NCBI GenBank assembly: GCA_035369805.1
Contig: DAOOVB010000007.1
Coordinates: 7,424 to 71,423, forward strand
Direction of reading: 5' to 3'
DNA length: 64,000 bases
Source: Syntrophorhabdaceae bacterium
GTDB lineage: Bacteria > Desulfobacterota > Syntrophorhabdia > Syntrophorhabdales > Syntrophorhabdaceae
Under the pieces are notes generated by a model, which was not told where the DNA came from, ran no database searches, and saw nothing but the letters and a program-made list of their open reading frames with translations. The position numbers and the translations under genes were made by a program. Every line of letters starts with the position of its first letter. Position 1 is the stretch's first letter. This document shows positions 59,639 through 64,000 of the stretch, piece by piece.

Positions 59639-61594
59639 GTGCTATATTTAATAGCTATGATTAATGATATTTGTTCAAAAGACCTTATGGGAATATGTAT
59701 TTCACCATGGGAGGCATTTTTAATTATAAAGGAAGATGGCACTATATCATATCTAAATCCTGCTGCAGAAAAGATGCTGGGTTACAAAAAAGAGGAGGCT
59801 TTTGGAAAACACCTCCAAATGTTTCTATCTCCAGCAGATATCCATGAAGCCCAAAAAATAGAACTGGGTTTACTGGAAGCACAATCTACATTACCTTATG
59901 CAAAATCGGGCATAAATGATGAAGGCAGGACCATCGAGGTATCCATATCAAAAAAAGATGGTGAGGAATTATTTGTATCTCTGAAATTTATATGTGTCGT
60001 CTCCGAAGACCATAAAAATATAGTATGTATCATACACGATAAAACTGAACAAAAAATTGCCCAATATGCATTAAAACAATCTGAGGAAGAATACAGAACA
60101 TTATTTGAAGAATTCAGGGATGTCATCTTCGTAACATCACCTGAAGGAAGATTCATCCAGATAAACAAAGCAGGCGTTAAGCTTTTCGGATACAAATCAA
60201 AAGAAGAACTTTTAAAAGAAAATATAAATAATCTTTATGTAAATAATGAAGACTATGAAACTTACAAAAAAGCCATTGAAAAAAATGGCTATGTAGATGC
60301 CTTTGAAGTAAAACTTAAAGACAAGAAAGGCAATGAGATTATTGCATCAATAACAGCAAATGTTGCCTACGATAGAACAGGAAATGCAAAATTCTATCGA
60401 GGCATTATACGCGATATAACTAACATAAAAAGACTTAAACAAAAGATCGATGAATTACAAAGGCTTGAAGACATAGGCAGACTCTCAGGGGAAATAGCCC
60501 ATGAATTCAATAATATTTTAAGTATTATCCTCGGTAATACACAGATGATAAAATTGACCCTTGAGAAACTTAAAGAGTCTTTTGGCAATCTCACACAGAT
60601 TGAACAGGCTGTGTTTCGTGCTGTCTATCTGGCAGATCAACTGCTTACATTCGGTGGTTATCAGCCCCTCAACCTACAAAGGGCTAATATAAATCAAAAT
60701 ATCAATGGTTTCCTCAAAACTCTATCAGATATTATCCCGGAAGGAATAGAAATAGATACAGTCCTTGAAAAAGACATACCAGAGGTCAAGATAGACTTTC
60801 TACAATTCAATCAGGCACTTCATCATATTATACAGAATGCATGTGAGGCGATACCAAAAAAAGGTAATATCACCATATCAACAAAAAAAGAGGATATGGA
60901 TGAGCTTTTCTGTAAACTCCATTCCCTTGCATGGCCGGGAGAATATGTGACAATCTCCATCGAGGACCCAGGGATAGGGATCGACCCTACTATAATAGAA
61001 AAGATATTCGAACCATTCTTTACTACAAAAAAAGAGGATAAGCATAAAGGACTCGGTCTCTCGGTTGCCTACGGCATTATAAAAAATCATAATGGTTTTA
61101 TTGATGTAAGATCAAGCTTTAATCTGGGGACAACAGTAAAGATATACATCCCTGCTTTTAGAGAAAAGGCAAGACAAAAAAAGATTGCCGAAATCGAAGA
61201 CAGAAAAACAAAAAAGACAATAAAAGGCACAGAAACGATACTTTTTGCAGAAGATGAACATTCAATAAGGGAAATGTGCGCATTCTATCTAAATTCTCTG
61301 GGCTATAATGTTTTATCCGCATCGAATGGCATAGAGGCGGTTGAGATATTTAAACAGAGATTTCATGAAATTGACCTTGTAATATTAGATCTGGCAATGC
61401 CAAAAATGGGTGGCAGGGATGCCTACTATGAAATGAAAAGGATTGAACCAACCATCAAGGCGATTTTTATCAGTGGATATAGTCTTGGAGGATCACAGAC
61501 AGACTTTATCTCCAAAGAAGACCTTGTTTTAATCCAAAAACCATATTCTTTTGACACCCTTGCCTTTAAGATCAGGGAGATTCTCTCTAAATAG
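59639..61594 (+). CDS. hybrid sensor histidine kinase / response regulator with PAS domains
   Basis: Two PAS modules, H-box EIAHEFNNILSII, ATPase G-boxes (DPGIGI, GLGLSVAYGII), and a C-terminal REC domain (ILFAEDE...DLVILDLAMPKMGG). The start (GTG 59639 or a downstream ATG) is uncertain. Confidence 0.88.
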   Translation: MLYLIAMINDICSKDLMGICISPWEAFLIIKEDGTISYLNPAAEKMLGYKKEEAFGKHLQMFLSPADIHEAQKIELGLLEAQSTLPYAKSGINDEGRTIEVSISKKDGEELFVSLKFICVVSEDHKNIVCIIHDKTEQKIAQYALKQSEEEYRTLFEEFRDVIFVTSPEGRFIQINKAGVKLFGYKSKEELLKENINNLYVNNEDYETYKKAIEKNGYVDAFEVKLKDKKGNEIIASITANVAYDRTGNAKFYRGIIRDITNIKRLKQKIDELQRLEDIGRLSGEIAHEFNNILSIILGNTQMIKLTLEKLKESFGNLTQIEQAVFRAVYLADQLLTFGGYQPLNLQRANINQNINGFLKTLSDIIPEGIEIDTVLEKDIPEVKIDFLQFNQALHHIIQNACEAIPKKGNITISTKKEDMDELFCKLHSLAWPGEYVTISIEDPGIGIDPTIIEKIFEPFFTTKKEDKHKGLGLSVAYGIIKNHNGFIDVRSSFNLGTTVKIYIPAFREKARQKKIAEIEDRKTKKTIKGTETILFAEDEHSIREMCAFYLNSLGYNVLSASNGIEAVEIFKQRFHEIDLVILDLAMPKMGGRDAYYEMKRIEPTIKAIFISGYSLGGSQTDFISKEDLVLIQKPYSFDTLAFKIREILSK

Positions 61595-61705
61595 AAGGTT
61601 TTTATTTGGCTTTGCAAATTAGAAACCCTTTAAAAATGCCCTTAATTTGAATAAATGAACTAAATATGCTATCAAATTCTTAAAAAAATTCATTCAGGAG
61701 GCATT

Positions 61706-62926
61706 ATGTTCCATTACGCTTGGGTTATTGCATTTACAGGAACCCTTGTCCTCATTTTGTCACATGGTTTTGGCCGTATGTCCTATTCCCTTATCCTCAA
61801 TAGCATGAAAGACGGATTATCCCTTTCGTATACACAGATTGGGCTCATAGGAACAGGCAATTTCATTGGTTATCTCTGTCTTGCTGTTATAGGAGGGTTT
61901 CTTGCATCTCGTTTCGGCACAAGAAGAATATTATTCATATCCCTTATTGTAATGGGTATTAGTCTTTTTCTAACAGGTCTATCCAACTCCTTTATCTTTG
62001 CATTTTTAATGAGACTTATAACAGGCATGGGCAATGCAGGCAGTTATGTCCCTATGATGGCGCTCCCTGCTGCATGGTTTGTGACAAACAAAAGAGGTCT
62101 TGCTACAGGGATAGTGACCCTTGGGACAGGCACAGGGCTTTCTATCACCGGGCTTATAATACCCCGTCTCATATCCATGTATGGAACTGAAGGATGGAGA
62201 TATGCCTGGTATCTTTTAGGCATTATTGTATTTGCTTTGTCATTTTTGTGTTATGCCCTCCTCAGGGATACACCGACAGAAAAGGGACTAACCATGTATG
62301 GAGGCAATGAACAACAACCTGTAAGGATTGAAAAAGTTTCATTATTTAACACATGGAAGACTTTAATACGAGAGAAGGAGATATGGAAGCTGGGCATAGT
62401 ATATTTCATGTATGGTTTCTCTTATATTATTTATCTTACTTTTATAATTGCATTTCTCACAAAGGAAGTTGGGCTTTCTGATTATTCTGCAGGTCGTATA
62501 TTTGCAATTCTTGGCTTCTTTGCCATATTCTGTGGTGTTATCTGGGGTGGACTATCTGATATAATAGGCAGAAGATACGCTACCATGTGTGCATATCTTG
62601 TCCTTGCCATATCTTGTATACTCCTAATCATTATAAAATCTTATGTTCTATTCTATATATCGGCTATCTTTTTTGGACTCACTGCCTTTTCAGTGCCTGT
62701 AATTATGGCAGCAGCAGCAGGAGACACCGTAGGGGCAAAACTTGCTCCTGCTGCCCTTGGTTTTATAACACTATTTTTCGGTATAGGTCAGGCATTAGGC
62801 CCTTTTGTCTCGGGATGGCTTAAGGATATATCAGGGACATTCATATATCCCTTTACATTATCAGCATTTGTTGCCATAATAGGCGCTATCACATCCCTTT
62901 CCATGAAAAAGAAGATAAAGGGATAG
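61706..62926 (+). CDS. MFS transporter (YbfB/YjiJ-like)
   Basis: 406 aa with about 12 TM helices. The N-terminal pattern (GFGRMSYSLILNSMKDGLSLSYTQIGLIGTGNFIGY) is typical of this MFS subfamily. GGAGG RBS upstream. Confidence 0.75.
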   Translation: MFHYAWVIAFTGTLVLILSHGFGRMSYSLILNSMKDGLSLSYTQIGLIGTGNFIGYLCLAVIGGFLASRFGTRRILFISLIVMGISLFLTGLSNSFIFAFLMRLITGMGNAGSYVPMMALPAAWFVTNKRGLATGIVTLGTGTGLSITGLIIPRLISMYGTEGWRYAWYLLGIIVFALSFLCYALLRDTPTEKGLTMYGGNEQQPVRIEKVSLFNTWKTLIREKEIWKLGIVYFMYGFSYIIYLTFIIAFLTKEVGLSDYSAGRIFAILGFFAIFCGVIWGGLSDIIGRRYATMCAYLVLAISCILLIIIKSYVLFYISAIFFGLTAFSVPVIMAAAAGDTVGAKLAPAALGFITLFFGIGQALGPFVSGWLKDISGTFIYPFTLSAFVAIIGAITSLSMKKKIKG

Positions 62927-63026
62927 ACATGAACATGGAGAATAATGAATTTAAAATATAAGGATCTATTTAGGGTCTAATTCTATTTTTAAATCTTTGC
63001 TATGTTTTGAAAAGGACTACAATTAT

Positions 63027-63242
63027 CTATTTCCTGAATATGGAAAAAATAATGGTCAATATAATGCTTATGATTATGCTGGTAGTTATGGGAAAATAGA
63101 AGCTGAAATTTTCTTTCTTTATATGGATATCCCCTGGCAACCTTCCTATGTAAGGTATCTTATCGGCAAACATAAAGACAAGCCCGATGATGATAAACAG
63201 AATACCTATTATGATAAAAATCTTACCGAATCCCGGTATCAT
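63027..63242 (-). CDS. DUF2905 family small membrane protein
   Basis: GRLPGDIHIKKENFSFYFPITTSI motif between two TM helices. 71 aa, tightly coupled to queH. Confidence 0.8.
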   Translation of the reverse strand: MIPGFGKIFIIIGILFIIIGLVFMFADKIPYIGRLPGDIHIKKENFSFYFPITTSIIISIILTIIFSIFRK

Positions 63243-63244
63243 CT

Positions 63245-63784
63245 TTACCTCCCTTTATGTCCCTCAAATTCACTAAATATGCATCCGCAGTAATTCTGTC
63301 TATACATATTGAGCCTCTTTGATTCTTCTATACCTTGTTTCCAGCCAAGCCTGAAATCCCTGTATAAAAATGGTAATCCATATTTATCTGAAAGGGTCTC
63401 CCCGATCTTTTTTATATCATCATGGCGCTGATATTTACTGTAAAGAAGGGTTGTTGTCACCCCTTTGTAGCCATCCTTGGTGGCGGTCTGAAAGGCCTTT
63501 TCAAGCCTTATATGGTAGCAAAAAAGGCACCTATCCTCACCATAATCAAGGGCACCTTTTAAAAAATCACGGAGATTATATTCTTTATCCACCACTAACG
63601 GTAATAAGGTCAACCTTGCATAATTATCAAGGGTTTCAAGGCGTTTGTTAAATTCTGTATATGGATGTATATTGGGATTAAAAAAATAACCAGTCACATC
63701 AAAACCCTCTTCACGTAATGTTTTCAATGTATATATGCAGCATGGTGCACAGCATATGTGTAAAAGAACCCTCAATCCCTTCAC
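63245..63784 (-). CDS. queH: epoxyqueuosine reductase QueH (DUF208)
   Basis: LLHICCAPC...FFNPNIHPYTE and the C-terminal YCGCIFSE Cys motifs of QueH. Confidence 0.88.
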   Translation of the reverse strand: MKGLRVLLHICCAPCCIYTLKTLREEGFDVTGYFFNPNIHPYTEFNKRLETLDNYARLTLLPLVVDKEYNLRDFLKGALDYGEDRCLFCYHIRLEKAFQTATKDGYKGVTTTLLYSKYQRHDDIKKIGETLSDKYGLPFLYRDFRLGWKQGIEESKRLNMYRQNYCGCIFSEFEGHKGR

Positions 63785-64000
63785 CCCTTTATCATCTCTA
63801 AAAATTCGTCCTCACCTATGATCTTAATCCCCATCTGTCTTGCCTTATCCAGTTTTGAGCCTGCCTCTTCTCCAGCAACAACAATATTTACCTTTTTTCC
63901 CACTGAATTGGCTGTTTTTGCCCCTAAAACTTCAACCTTCTTTCTTGCCTCATCCCTACTCATACTCTTTAGTGCCCCTGTGAATACAAATAAAAGTCCA
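63781..64000 (-). CDS. ligA: NAD-dependent DNA ligase, C-terminal BRCT domain (gene runs off the right window edge)
   Basis: The minus-strand frame reads ...FVFTGALKSMSRDEARKKVEVLGAKTANSVGKKVNIVVAGEEAGSKLDKARQMGIKIIGEDEFLEMIKG*, the typical LigA BRCT tail. Its stop overlaps the queH start (ATGA). Confidence 0.85.
   Translation of the reverse strand, partial: GLLFVFTGALKSMSRDEARKKVEVLGAKTANSVGKKVNIVVAGEEAGSKLDKARQMGIKIIGEDEFLEMIKG

Noticed and set aside
62997-63293. 98-aa plus-strand ORF
   Set aside because: It is antisense to the DUF2905 gene, which has a clear family motif (GRLPGDI) and tight coupling to queH. The plus-strand ORF has odd composition (rich in Tyr, Asp and Lys).

Overview
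Visibly AT-rich bacterial chromosomal segment. Gene content suggests a strict anaerobe, possibly Nitrospirota/Thermodesulfovibrio-like or deltaproteobacterial, but this taxonomic guess is unverified. Coding density is high and most genes are housekeeping: rpsB (partial), polyprenyl synthase, the lnt-ybeY-pgpH-phoH operon, glmS/glmU-tatCA, gpsA, gyrA, htpX, rsmB, rpe, guaBA, dnaE, accA, pgi, comEC, queH and ligA (partial). I saw no rRNA, tRNA, CRISPR array, transposase, integrase or phage genes. The main accessory content is a block at about 42.7-51.8 kb. It holds a four-gene ATP-dependent benzoyl-CoA-reductase-like (BcrCBAD/BzdNOPQ-type) enzyme preceded by a small internally duplicated protein, then a Tat-exported flavocytochrome-c-family flavoprotein and a 6xCxxCH cytochrome. 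Two sigma-54 promoters can be read directly in this block. It lies next to a divergent GAF-domain sigma-54 activator, with three repeated palindromic sites in the shared control region. Other points of interest are a PerR-type oxidative-stress operon (perR, an unlisted 43-aa rubredoxin, reverse rubrerythrin, FMN reductase) with PerR-box-like operators; dense signalling content (two PAS/HD-GYP paralogs, two HDOD proteins, a hybrid histidine kinase); an in-frame TAA at codon 5 of rsmB; a truncated GlmU; orphan OppD/OppF ATPases; and a PflX-type radical SAM gene with a lipoprotein-like N-terminus. All functional calls come from motif recognition by eye. No database search was run.
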